From: Victivallales bacterium
GTDB lineage: Bacteria > Verrucomicrobiota > Lentisphaeria > Victivallales > GWF2-50-93
Length of the DNA stretch: 38,718 bases
Assembly: GCA_041662825.1 (NCBI GenBank)
Contig: JBAZRS010000002.1
Coordinates: 1-38,718, forward strand
Direction of reading: 5' to 3'
Made by a program: the position numbers and the translations under genes. Positions 8,514-15,311 of this stretch are shown one piece after another. Every line of letters starts with the position of its first letter. The first letter of the stretch is position 1. The notes under the pieces were generated by a model that did no database searches, had not been told where the DNA came from, and saw only the letters and a program-made list of their open reading frames with translations.

Positions 8514-9170
8514 ATGAAAGAGAATATCAATTGCGGCGCAATAAAGGTCATGCTGGTCATCGTTTTGATGATGCTGTCAACGATCAATGCCTGGTCTTTC
8601 GATGTTGATGTCAGGGCCAAACAAGTCATTTACAGTGATAGCCAGACAGAACCAGCGCAAGGCTTAGAGGTAAGAGCCGGAGGAACATTATTTATCTGGG
8701 GTTCAACAGAAAATCCCTTGCTTCGATTAGGCAGCCAGCCGGGAGCAAATGTCATCCTTTTGGGAGTGGGGATAGGGTTGAAACAATCAGTCGGTGACTT
8801 TAACTTTTACATTAAAGGTGGATATTATTTTCCCAAGACGGGTCTTGTCGCAACCTATAGTGAGGGCGTGTATATCCTAATGACGCAGCAAATTCCGACG
8901 TATCCCATCCCATCAGTGGGAGACCCTGAGTTTCCGCATTGGCAGTATGACATTCATGACGCGATCGGCGGGGAAATAGGAGTTGAATATCGGAAGCAGG
9001 TTTATAAAGCGATCTCCATTTATATGGACGCGTCTTACCGGTATTTGCAACTCAGAGAATATTATTCAGTCAGCAAACCTGATTTTACTACTTATTTGGA
9101 AATGCAGGACAACAGGAATTTCTCCGCCTTTACCATAGGCGGCGGGATTTCTATTGAATGGGGGATTTGA
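8514..9170 (+). CDS. outer-membrane beta-barrel-type protein (Lom/Ail/OmpX-like moron)
   Basis: Signal peptide ending INAWS. Alternating hydrophobic strands rich in G/Y. C-terminal FTIGGGISIEWGI. Confidence 0.55.
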   Translation: MKENINCGAIKVMLVIVLMMLSTINAWSFDVDVRAKQVIYSDSQTEPAQGLEVRAGGTLFIWGSTENPLLRLGSQPGANVILLGVGIGLKQSVGDFNFYIKGGYYFPKTGLVATYSEGVYILMTQQIPTYPIPSVGDPEFPHWQYDIHDAIGGEIGVEYRKQVYKAISIYMDASYRYLQLREYYSVSKPDFTTYLEMQDNRNFSAFTIGGGISIEWGI

Positions 9171-9187
9171 GATGATAAAAATATTTA

Positions 9188-9274
9188 AAGGTACTGATCC
9201 CATTCGCATGCGCTCAGGGATAGCTCGCTCTAATGTCCCCGCGCGCTGCGCTTCGGCGACACAAGGACTCGCTA
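9188..9274 (+). repeat. bipartite hairpin element, degenerate forward copy F9
   Basis: Layout: aaggta, tccc-attcgcatgcgctca-ggga, tagctcg, an H2 with the gcgctgcgctt core, then ctcgcta. It overlaps the 5' half of track ORF 9154..9411. Confidence 0.6.
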
Positions 9275-9291
9275 TAACCTGCATCGAAAAG

Positions 9292-9411
9292 ATGCCGATA
9301 AAAAAAAGAGTGCCTTTCCATGCGTGGGCGTTTGAAATCGTATGCTGGGCGTTCATCTGTTACGCGGTGCTCTACTTCACGCCGGTGTGCTGGAGAATAT
9401 TTACAAGGTAG
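9292..9411 (+). CDS. possible 39-aa membrane peptide
   Basis: ATG 18 nt after element F9. One hydrophobic span (WAFEIVCWAFICYAVLYFTPVCW). The SD is weak. Confidence 0.25.
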   Translation: MPIKKRVPFHAWAFEIVCWAFICYAVLYFTPVCWRIFTR

Positions 9412-9496
9412 TTAAGTCCCGCGCGCCTATCGGCGCTGGGATAATTCGTCCTACGCTTCGAGCGGCGTCAAACTTGCTCTCAGCGTGGACTCATTA
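9405..9496 (+). repeat. bipartite hairpin element, forward copy F2
   Basis: Roughly 85% identical by eye to F1. H2 carries the compensatory pair GAGC/GCTC where F1 has AGGC/GCCT. It ends ctcatta, then GGAGG and the ATG at 9509. Confidence 0.85.
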
Positions 9497-9508
9497 GGAG
9501 GTTTTAAA

Positions 9509-9919
9509 ATGGAACGAGATAAAAAGAGAGACATCGATACGTCCGAAAACAGACTGCGGTTGTTATCCGTATTAAACAACCACGTCGGGGAAGTCAACGC
9601 GATCAGCATGACGGCATTGTATGAGGCCGTGTTTGATCGGCCCTGGGATGAAAAAATCAACGACACCCGAAGTCTGCGTACACTCATTACGCTGATGCGT
9701 CAGGATGGTGTGGCGATTTGCTCGGTATCATCACAGAACGGCGGCGGTTATTATATTGCCGCCGCGACCAGTGAATTTCTGAACTTTCTGCGCAAGAATG
9801 AACGCCGGGCGCTGCTCATCCTCATGCGCAATTCGAAAATGAAAAAAATCAGCCTCCCCGAATATCTCGGCCAACTAAAACTTGAAATGGAGACAAACCC
9901 GAATGAAAAAGCAGCTTAA
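9509..9919 (+). CDS. hypothetical protein, probably winged-helix
   Basis: GGAGG SD and ATG at 9509; 136 aa. No family recognised with certainty. Confidence 0.6.
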   Translation: MERDKKRDIDTSENRLRLLSVLNNHVGEVNAISMTALYEAVFDRPWDEKINDTRSLRTLITLMRQDGVAICSVSSQNGGGYYIAAATSEFLNFLRKNERRALLILMRNSKMKKISLPEYLGQLKLEMETNPNEKAA

Positions 9920-10373
9920 AGACACCTCTGTCACTATAGTCCAGGAAGAAGCAAACGAAAAACTCCTTCTTGTGAAACATATCAATGAACGCATAACCGA
10001 TTTGGAAGCAAAGGCGAACGCCGAAATGGAAGCAGTGTTGTTGCCCTATAAAGCATTTCTTGATGCGCTCCAGACCGACAAAGCCGCCCTGGAAAAAGAG
10101 ATCACCACGCTGATGAAGAAAAATAAGGGTGTTCTTTTCGACGGTACCGACGTTGTCAATCTGCCGCACGGCTCCCTGATCCGGAACCTCGGCGATCATG
10201 TCACTATCCCGAAGACCGCGTTGGAAGCCTGCAAGACCAACAAGTTTAACGATGTTATCAAAATTGTCGAAAGCCTAGACCGCGACAAAATTGAAAAATG
10301 GCCGGACGCCAAACTCGTGCTCATCGGAGCGGAACGGAAACCGAAGGAAGAGTTTAAATACACGGTGAAATAA
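9903..10373 (+). CDS. gam: Mu Gam-like host-nuclease inhibitor
   Basis: About 156 aa. An N-terminal coiled coil is followed by a pattern (G.LIRN...V.IP, DVIKIVESLDRDKIEKW, KEEFKYTV) resembling the Phage_Mu_Gam family. It is in the right syntenic position. The start codon (9882 or 9903) is uncertain. Confidence 0.65.
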   Translation: MKKQLKDTSVTIVQEEANEKLLLVKHINERITDLEAKANAEMEAVLLPYKAFLDALQTDKAALEKEITTLMKKNKGVLFDGTDVVNLPHGSLIRNLGDHVTIPKTALEACKTNKFNDVIKIVESLDRDKIEKWPDAKLVLIGAERKPKEEFKYTVK

Positions 10374-10378
10374 TAATT

Positions 10379-10406
10379 GTCATTCCCGCGAAGGCGGGAA
10401 TCCAGG
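10379..10406 (+). repeat. family-C hairpin (C2)
   Basis: gtc-attcccgc-gaag-gcgggaat-ccagg runs into the SD of the 10416 gene. Confidence 0.8.
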
Positions 10407-10415
10407 AGAAAATAA

Positions 10416-10604
10416 ATGAACCTACAAAAGCAAAATCAAAGAATAGGCCATTTATTATTGGAACTGAATCACGACTTGGAAGTGAGAGAAAACCCTGAGG
10501 TTCAAGTCGGTTTACTGGAGATGATCGGGTATGTCGTGGTCGGATTGGTATCCTTTATTCTTATATCGGGGATTCTGAGAGCTTTGTTCTGGAGGTTGCC
10601 ATGA
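10416..10604 (+). CDS. small membrane protein (62 aa)
   Basis: AGGAG SD; C-terminal TM segment IGYVVVGLVSFILISGIL. Confidence 0.5.
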   Translation: MNLQKQNQRIGHLLLELNHDLEVRENPEVQVGLLEMIGYVVVGLVSFILISGILRALFWRLP

Positions 10605-10756
10605 TTAAAATAATAATCGATTTAATTATAGGATTCATTATCGGGTTTGTATGGGGTTTTGGTATCCGGGATATCCTGAGTGGATCTAACAGCAACGGGA
10701 AAATGCAACGCCCTGAACCGTGGCCTGAACCACCGCCAGAAAAGGGTGTTGAATGA
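10601..10756 (+). CDS. small membrane protein (51 aa; below the ORF-track cutoff)
   Basis: ATGA overlap with the upstream stop and GGAGG upstream. Translation MIKIIIDLIIGFIIGFVWGFGI followed by a proline-rich tail. Confidence 0.45.
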   Translation: MIKIIIDLIIGFIIGFVWGFGIRDILSGSNSNGKMQRPEPWPEPPPEKGVE

Positions 10757-10929
10757 GCCCGACGATTGAAGCGCCAGTGGAGAGGATCTGCGCGACGTGC
10801 GCGCATTACGGATTCAGTCTCGGTAATCCCAACGGATGGCGATGGACGTATTGCGCGAAGAAACATGAATGGTTTTCGGACAGCGAAGAGAAGCCGGGAG
10901 AACGAAAGGGGTGTGAGGAATGGCAGTGA
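10753..10929 (+). CDS. small Cys-containing protein (58 aa; below the ORF-track cutoff)
   Basis: ATGA overlap with the upstream gene. Translation MSPTIEAPVERICATCAHYGFSLGNPNGWRWTYCAKKHEWF...GCEEWQ. Its TGA stop lies inside repeat R1. Confidence 0.4.
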   Translation: MSPTIEAPVERICATCAHYGFSLGNPNGWRWTYCAKKHEWFSDSEEKPGERKGCEEWQ

Positions 10930-10988
10930 GCCTGTGACTCCCGAACGGGAGTCCAAAACGAACTGTCCCTGAGCGAAGCGAATGGGAG
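10927..10988 (-). repeat. bipartite hairpin element, reverse copy R1
   Basis: tgagcctgt-gactcccg-aa-cgggagtc-caaaacgaact-gtccc-tgagcgaagcgaa-tggga. Confidence 0.8.
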
Positions 10989-11010
10989 AATGAACACAGG
11001 AGAACGGAAA

Positions 11011-11214
11011 ATGGGAATAAAGAATCTGAAAGTAATAAAAAATGACCGAGCATGGCGGCGGTTTTGCCGGACAAACGACATCGATTACGATTATGTACCG
11101 ACGCCGAAAGAATATCCCTTCCTGATAGATTCACAATATCAGGGGATACAATTAGATTATTATTATTTTGCTGACATCGAAAAACTGCGGAATAAATTAA
11201 TAAAAGCGATGTGA
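11011..11214 (+). CDS. hypothetical 67-aa protein
   Basis: AGGAG lies 9 nt upstream of the ATG at 11011. Confidence 0.5.
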   Translation: MGIKNLKVIKNDRAWRRFCRTNDIDYDYVPTPKEYPFLIDSQYQGIQLDYYYFADIEKLRNKLIKAM

Positions 11215-11885
11215 AAAGGAATGTGAAGAGTATGCGTTTTAACTGCCCACATTGTCACGAGGAGAGTAATTTTATGGATATTCAAATAAGCAAGGATTTA
11301 GAATTCGTCATTGCCGCGCTGCCCTCTTTCGGCACGCGGTACGCGCATCTTGTCATGGGATACGCGCAGTTATTCGGCGTCACGCCCATGCATTTAAAAG
11401 CAAAGAAGTTCAGAATCATTATTGAAGAAATAAAAAAACTTTTTGATTCGCAGTCGTTTGCCTGGGAGAAAAAAGCATATTCCATCAGTCACGCTGGAAT
11501 CGGCGAGGCATTGGACATTATGATTAAAAGAGACTTTCGGAAACATCTCACAAATCACAATTATCTCAAGACGGTCATGATCGATATTTCAGAGCGCGAG
11601 AGAAAAGAGACCTCGCGCACCGAAGAAAAAAACCTACACAAAAAAGAGGCTGATTTAATGATCGGCAATGGACGTCCCGTGGCACCCTCCCTCAATCCCT
11701 CCCGTCAAGGGAGGGAAGTAAACAATGATTCCTCCCCCTTGATGGGGGAGGATGAAGGCGGGGGTGAGAACATTTCGGAAACCCGATCCATTAACGATTT
11801 GCCGTCCGATATCCGTCAGGGGATCGCTAAACTTAAAGACAAATTAGGCCTCGACATAAACAATATCGGAAAGAGGATTGACTAA
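11211..11885 (+). CDS. hypothetical protein with an N-terminal CPHC zinc-ribbon-like motif and an in-frame hairpin-repeat insert
   Basis: GTGA overlap start (an alternative ATG is at 11232); 224 aa. Residues ...PSLNPSRQGREV...SSPLMGEDEGGGE are encoded by two G/C hairpins. Confidence 0.55.
   Translation: MKRNVKSMRFNCPHCHEESNFMDIQISKDLEFVIAALPSFGTRYAHLVMGYAQLFGVTPMHLKAKKFRIIIEEIKKLFDSQSFAWEKKAYSISHAGIGEALDIMIKRDFRKHLTNHNYLKTVMIDISERERKETSRTEEKNLHKKEADLMIGNGRPVAPSLNPSRQGREVNNDSSPLMGEDEGGGENISETRSINDLPSDIRQGIAKLKDKLGLDINNIGKRID
11696..11752 (+). repeat. two tandem G/C-tract hairpins inside a CDS
   Basis: tccctccc-gtcaa-gggaggga (11696-11716) and tcctccccc-ttgat-gggggagga (11730-11752). Confidence 0.8.
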
Positions 11886-12356
11886 ATGGCTTATATGATC
11901 GATCCCAAACAAATAAAAATTATTCATACGGCGATATCAAAATTGGATCTATCCGATGATGAATATAGGGATATCCTCCTGGGCCACTTTAAAGCCTCCT
12001 CTTGCACTGATTTAACCTACATCCAGGCGTCAAATCTGATCGACTATTTCAAGACGCTTGGATTTAAAATCCCCAGGCGGAAAAAATACACAAAAGGAAC
12101 GTCGGCGTTGCAGGATCATTACCCACTGCGAAGAGATATGCCACCGAATGTATTTGTATTGCCGACACGCGATCAACTAAAGATGATAGACGCCTTGGCC
12201 GGTCAGATCACATGGAAGTTTGAAGACGGTTTTCAGCGGTGGATGAAAAAGTTTTACAAAATAGACCGTATCACAAAAGACTGGGAAGCGTCGACCGTCA
12301 TCGAGGGACTGAAAAAACTGCTGGAGCATCAGCAACCATGCGAGGCAAAGAAGTAA
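11886..12356 (+). CDS. gemA: GemA / Mu gp16-like protein
   Basis: The N-terminus IKIIHTAISKLDLSDDEYRDILLGHFKASSCTDLTYIQASNLIDYFKTLGF matches the Mu gp16/GemA (DUF1018) pattern. It lies directly upstream of the Mor-like gene. Confidence 0.72.
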   Translation: MAYMIDPKQIKIIHTAISKLDLSDDEYRDILLGHFKASSCTDLTYIQASNLIDYFKTLGFKIPRRKKYTKGTSALQDHYPLRRDMPPNVFVLPTRDQLKMIDALAGQITWKFEDGFQRWMKKFYKIDRITKDWEASTVIEGLKKLLEHQQPCEAKK

Positions 12357-12676
12357 TGAGCTGGATAGAATACATCAAAGCTGAACAGCTCCCGGAGGAT
12401 TATCAACTCATCGTTGCTGCCATCGGACTGGAGAACACCATCAAGCTGGCGCAGGCTCTGCCGAGTGTGTATGTTTATTTAAAAAGCCCGGACAAACTTT
12501 TCAAACCGGCAAAGATTCAATACGTTCTGGAGAACCACAAAAAATCCGGCCCGGACAATCCATTTAATCCGCGCCGCATGGCACTGGACACCGGCCTGTC
12601 CATCCGCGAGATTTACGACATCATCGAGAACCGCAAAGAACTCTCGAAACAACCCGCATTGTTTGAAGAGGTTTGA
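12356..12676 (+). CDS. mor: Mor/C-family transcriptional activator
   Basis: TAATG overlap start; 106 aa. LPEDYQLIVAAIGLENTIKLAQALPSVYVYLK is typical of the Mor activator family. It is the last gene before the lysis and late region. Confidence 0.78.
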   Translation: MSWIEYIKAEQLPEDYQLIVAAIGLENTIKLAQALPSVYVYLKSPDKLFKPAKIQYVLENHKKSGPDNPFNPRRMALDTGLSIREIYDIIENRKELSKQPALFEEV

Positions 12677-12697
12677 CTTTTTTCGCCGATAGAATTA

Positions 12698-12759
12698 TAA
12701 TGAGCCTGAGACTATAGTCCAAAGCGAATTATCCCGGGAGCGAAAGCGACGCGGGATAA
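12698..12759 (-). repeat. bipartite hairpin element, reverse copy R2 (degenerate H2)
   Basis: taatgagcctga-gactatagtc-caaagcgaa-ttatcccg-ggagcgaaagcgacg-cgggataa. Confidence 0.7.
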
Positions 12760-12908
12760 AGCATTTACAATAACCTGAAGGTCATCTTCGACAAAAAGCC
12801 GTTCGTCCATTAGGAGGGGCGGCTTTCTGCTTTTATGCACGGCGCAAAAGACTTATTCCACAGAATCCCCTAGAGTTTTTCCCAACGCATCTCCTCGCTT
12901 TGCCTGTT

Positions 12909-12957
12909 CCGGCTAGACCTAAGTGATGGCCGCACCACCATCATCCGGTCTAGCCGG
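12909..12957. promoter_or_regulatory. 11-bp perfect inverted repeat enclosing an inner 5-bp stem, upstream of the endolysin gene
   Basis: ccggctagacc (12909-12919) pairs with ggtctagccgg (12947-12957). The inner stem is gatgg/ccatc. It ends 30 nt before the ATG at 12987. Confidence 0.5.
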
Positions 12958-12986
12958 GGCGCGCATAAGGAGAGAGAAGGAGTCGC

Positions 12987-13616
12987 ATGATACGACGACT
13001 AATCATCACAATTATATTTCTTTTAATTACGCAGCAGACAGCCTTTGCTGCTGATTTTTTACCTGTATGGGAAAACACCATTCTTCCGCACGAGGGCGGA
13101 TACAGCAACAATATCCATGATCCGGGCAACTGGACTGGAGGTAAAGAAGGCAAAGGGCGTTTTCTCGGCACCAAGTACGGTATAGCCGCCAGCCAGTATG
13201 GCACACGGTTACTTTCACAAGGAATCATCATTAAACACCTCACCAAGGAACAAGCCCGCGCGCTATTTGAGCGCGACTACTGGTTGAAATATCATTTCAA
13301 CGAATTAAAATCCCAGGGCATAGCCGCTGAACTCTGCGACGCAGCCGTGAACATGGGCGGCGCTGGCGCAGAGGCTTTATTGAGTGAAGTATTCCGCGAA
13401 CTCGAATGGGCGGTAAATATGCCGGTACCTGTACCCGCAAAATTTACAAAAGAAACAATTCAATGGATTAATGATCTCACCTCTTACCGGCCAACACGAG
13501 TGGCCTTTTATAATTCGATCAAAATAAGGCGTGTGCGTTTCTACGTCAAGCTGATTGAACGTAGACCGGCCATGAAGCAGTTTTTTTTCGCGTGGATAAA
13601 TCGGAGCGTGGATTAG
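12987..13616 (+). CDS. endolysin: GH108-type muramidase with a peptidoglycan-binding domain and an N-terminal secretion signal
   Basis: Signal-like N-terminus MIRRLIITIIFLLITQQTAFA-AD. LPHEGGYSNNIHDPGNWTGG...GTKYGI is the GH108 signature. Confidence 0.8.
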   Translation: MIRRLIITIIFLLITQQTAFAADFLPVWENTILPHEGGYSNNIHDPGNWTGGKEGKGRFLGTKYGIAASQYGTRLLSQGIIIKHLTKEQARALFERDYWLKYHFNELKSQGIAAELCDAAVNMGGAGAEALLSEVFRELEWAVNMPVPVPAKFTKETIQWINDLTSYRPTRVAFYNSIKIRRVRFYVKLIERRPAMKQFFFAWINRSVD

Positions 13617-13636
13617 AATAAATTAGAGGAGAGGAA

Positions 13637-13795
13637 ATGCTGAAAAGAATACTTGGAATGTTAGGTTTGGTGATGGCCGGACAGGAAATTAATCGGTTGG
13701 CTATGGCCGACGTGAGTGCACCGGGCGCAGGTTATTATCACCGTTACACCGGCAAGTCGAAGACCTTCAAAAAAAACAGGCGAAAAGGACTGTAA
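13637..13795 (+). CDS. possible small membrane protein (holin-like candidate, 52 aa)
   Basis: GAGGAGAGG SD; short hydrophobic N-terminus and a strongly basic C-terminus (KSKTFKKNRRKGL). Confidence 0.3.
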   Translation: MLKRILGMLGLVMAGQEINRLAMADVSAPGAGYYHRYTGKSKTFKKNRRKGL

Positions 13796-13811
13796 AGAAT
13801 AACCTTAGAAA

Positions 13812-13923
13812 GCCCCTGGGTGTTCCGAACTGAGACGCCGCCCAGGGGCAACCATGTAACTCCTGTGATAGGCCCTGGGCGAGGGTGATGCATCTTCACA
13901 TTGCCCATAAGTAGCCCAGGGCC
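13812..13923 (+). promoter_or_regulatory. two long-range hairpins sharing a CCCTGGG/CCCAGGG core in a 153-nt non-coding gap
   Basis: gcccctggg (13812-20) pairs with cccaggggc (13841-49). ggccctgggc (13871-80) pairs with gcccagggcc (13914-23). Confidence 0.55.
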
Positions 13924-13948
13924 AGCGGGCGGGAATGAGGAAGAGTAA

Positions 13949-14530
13949 ATGAGTAAAACGGAAAAAAGAATAATCGGCGGAATTATCATCTTTGTATCAC
14001 TTGCTGCCGTCTGGGGCTGGTACCATAATCCATTAACGCAATTAACGACAAAATATACAGCGGCACCGGCGATTCCGGCTGCGGCGAAGATTCCGACTGT
14101 TAACTTGCCAGTCAAACAAGTTGTTGCTCTCGAAAAGAAGGCTGCATCGAAAAAGCTCAAACTACCCGACGCAATTTCCAACGACGATAAAAAGCAGATC
14201 ATTGCCACGGCTCAAGTTCCCGAAACGGATACCACCGGGAAAACAGATCTCGTGGCGGTCATGGATACAGATAAAGGCACAACTGAAATCATCGCCAAGC
14301 AGCAGCCCCTTTCTTTTTTTGCATTAGAAAACAAAAGGGCTATCGGTCTGCGATACGGATTCAGTACCCTGAAGGGCATCTCCGACACGGCATCAAAAAT
14401 TAATAACGAGGCTGATATCTATGGACGCTGGGATGTCCTGCGTGTCGGCTCCGTCCACCTGGGGCTTTACGGTGAAGTAAATTCACTAGGCGACGGAAAG
14501 GCGATGATCCAGGCGGAATACAGGTTTTAA
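13949..14530 (+). CDS. membrane-anchored lysis-cassette protein with an OMP-like C-terminal signature
   Basis: N-terminal TM IIGGIIIFVSLAAVWGWY, an Ala/Pro/Lys-rich linker, a Gly/Tyr-rich C-terminal region, and the ending ...KAMIQAEYRF. Confidence 0.6.
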   Translation: MSKTEKRIIGGIIIFVSLAAVWGWYHNPLTQLTTKYTAAPAIPAAAKIPTVNLPVKQVVALEKKAASKKLKLPDAISNDDKKQIIATAQVPETDTTGKTDLVAVMDTDKGTTEIIAKQQPLSFFALENKRAIGLRYGFSTLKGISDTASKINNEADIYGRWDVLRVGSVHLGLYGEVNSLGDGKAMIQAEYRF

Positions 14531-14542
14531 GGAGGATTTCTC

Positions 14543-14995
14543 ATGTGGATAATTATCATCCCGATATTAGGAATACTCGGTTTCATAATCTATAAAGCAG
14601 TAAGCAAAAAAAAAGGAAAGGAAGTTCAAAAGTCGGCAGACCCCTGTGCCGCTGGCGCGTGTGAAGCTGCGAAGCCAGCAGACCCCTGCGCAGCCGGAAC
14701 TTGTGGCGCTTCACCGCCATCAATAGAAGTTACAGTAGCGCCGAATAATCCACCCTATGTTCCCGCAGGCGTTTTTTGCACAAGATCGACATCCATTATT
14801 GCTACGGAGAAATTAACGGGAATTAACTGCGGTGATACCGGCATCAAAAGAGAATGGTTTGATAACGGGATTTTAGTCCCAAACAATAATACGAAAGAAC
14901 TCCCCAAAACATCCCTTCATGTCAACCATACCATTACTTACAAGGTGTCGGCAGAAGGGATAGAAGCGACAAGCAAGCCGATCAGGATTACCTGA
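14543..14995 (+). CDS. membrane-anchored protein with a tandem Cys-rich 14-aa repeat
   Basis: AAGGAGG SD; TM MWIIIIPILGILGFIIY; then ADPCAAGACEAAKP / ADPCAAGTCGASPP. Confidence 0.6.
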   Translation: MWIIIIPILGILGFIIYKAVSKKKGKEVQKSADPCAAGACEAAKPADPCAAGTCGASPPSIEVTVAPNNPPYVPAGVFCTRSTSIIATEKLTGINCGDTGIKREWFDNGILVPNNNTKELPKTSLHVNHTITYKVSAEGIEATSKPIRIT

Positions 14996-15050
14996 GGACT
15001 GAAATATCCTGTCAGTTAGACAGTAATAGGGCGGATGAGATTAAATAATA

Positions 15051-15290
15051 ATGAGCGACATCATCGATCAGGCGCAGGAGAACGATGAACTTTTTCGAAG
15101 GGTATCATTGGAAAAACATTTTGCCCGGCATACGCCGGGCTCTGCCGCCTCCGGGAATGCAGTTAAAATAATTGATTGCGCTGATTGTAACGAACCAATA
15201 CCGGCAAAAAGATTAAAGGCAAACCCACAGGCAACCCGCTGCGTAGAGTGCCAAACGCTGGCAGAAAAGCGAGGCTTTGAGGATGAATAA
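15051..15290 (+). CDS. TraR/DksA-family C4 zinc-finger protein
   Basis: CADCNEPIP...RCVECQ is a four-Cys motif. The protein is 79 aa, a size common in Mu-like phages. Confidence 0.75.
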   Translation: MSDIIDQAQENDELFRRVSLEKHFARHTPGSAASGNAVKIIDCADCNEPIPAKRLKANPQATRCVECQTLAEKRGFEDE

Positions 15291-15311
15291 TAAAGAACGA
15301 GGTTTTTAATT

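Noticed and set aside
9154-9411. Track ORF of 85 aa.
   Set aside because: Its 5' half coincides with a degenerate copy of the bipartite hairpin element (9188-9274), so it is probably not coding as drawn. Only the C-terminal 39 codons (9292..9411) were kept, at low confidence.
10766-10972. Plus-strand 68-aa ORF, Arg-rich.
   Set aside because: It has an Arg-rich, low-complexity composition and runs through repeat R1. The ATGA-coupled 58-aa frame 10753..10929 is the better candidate.
13949-14530. An embedded Rz1-type o-spanin lipoprotein in an alternative frame of the membrane-anchored lysis gene.
   Set aside because: The only alternative-frame ORF (14121..14327) has no cysteine and no lipobox.
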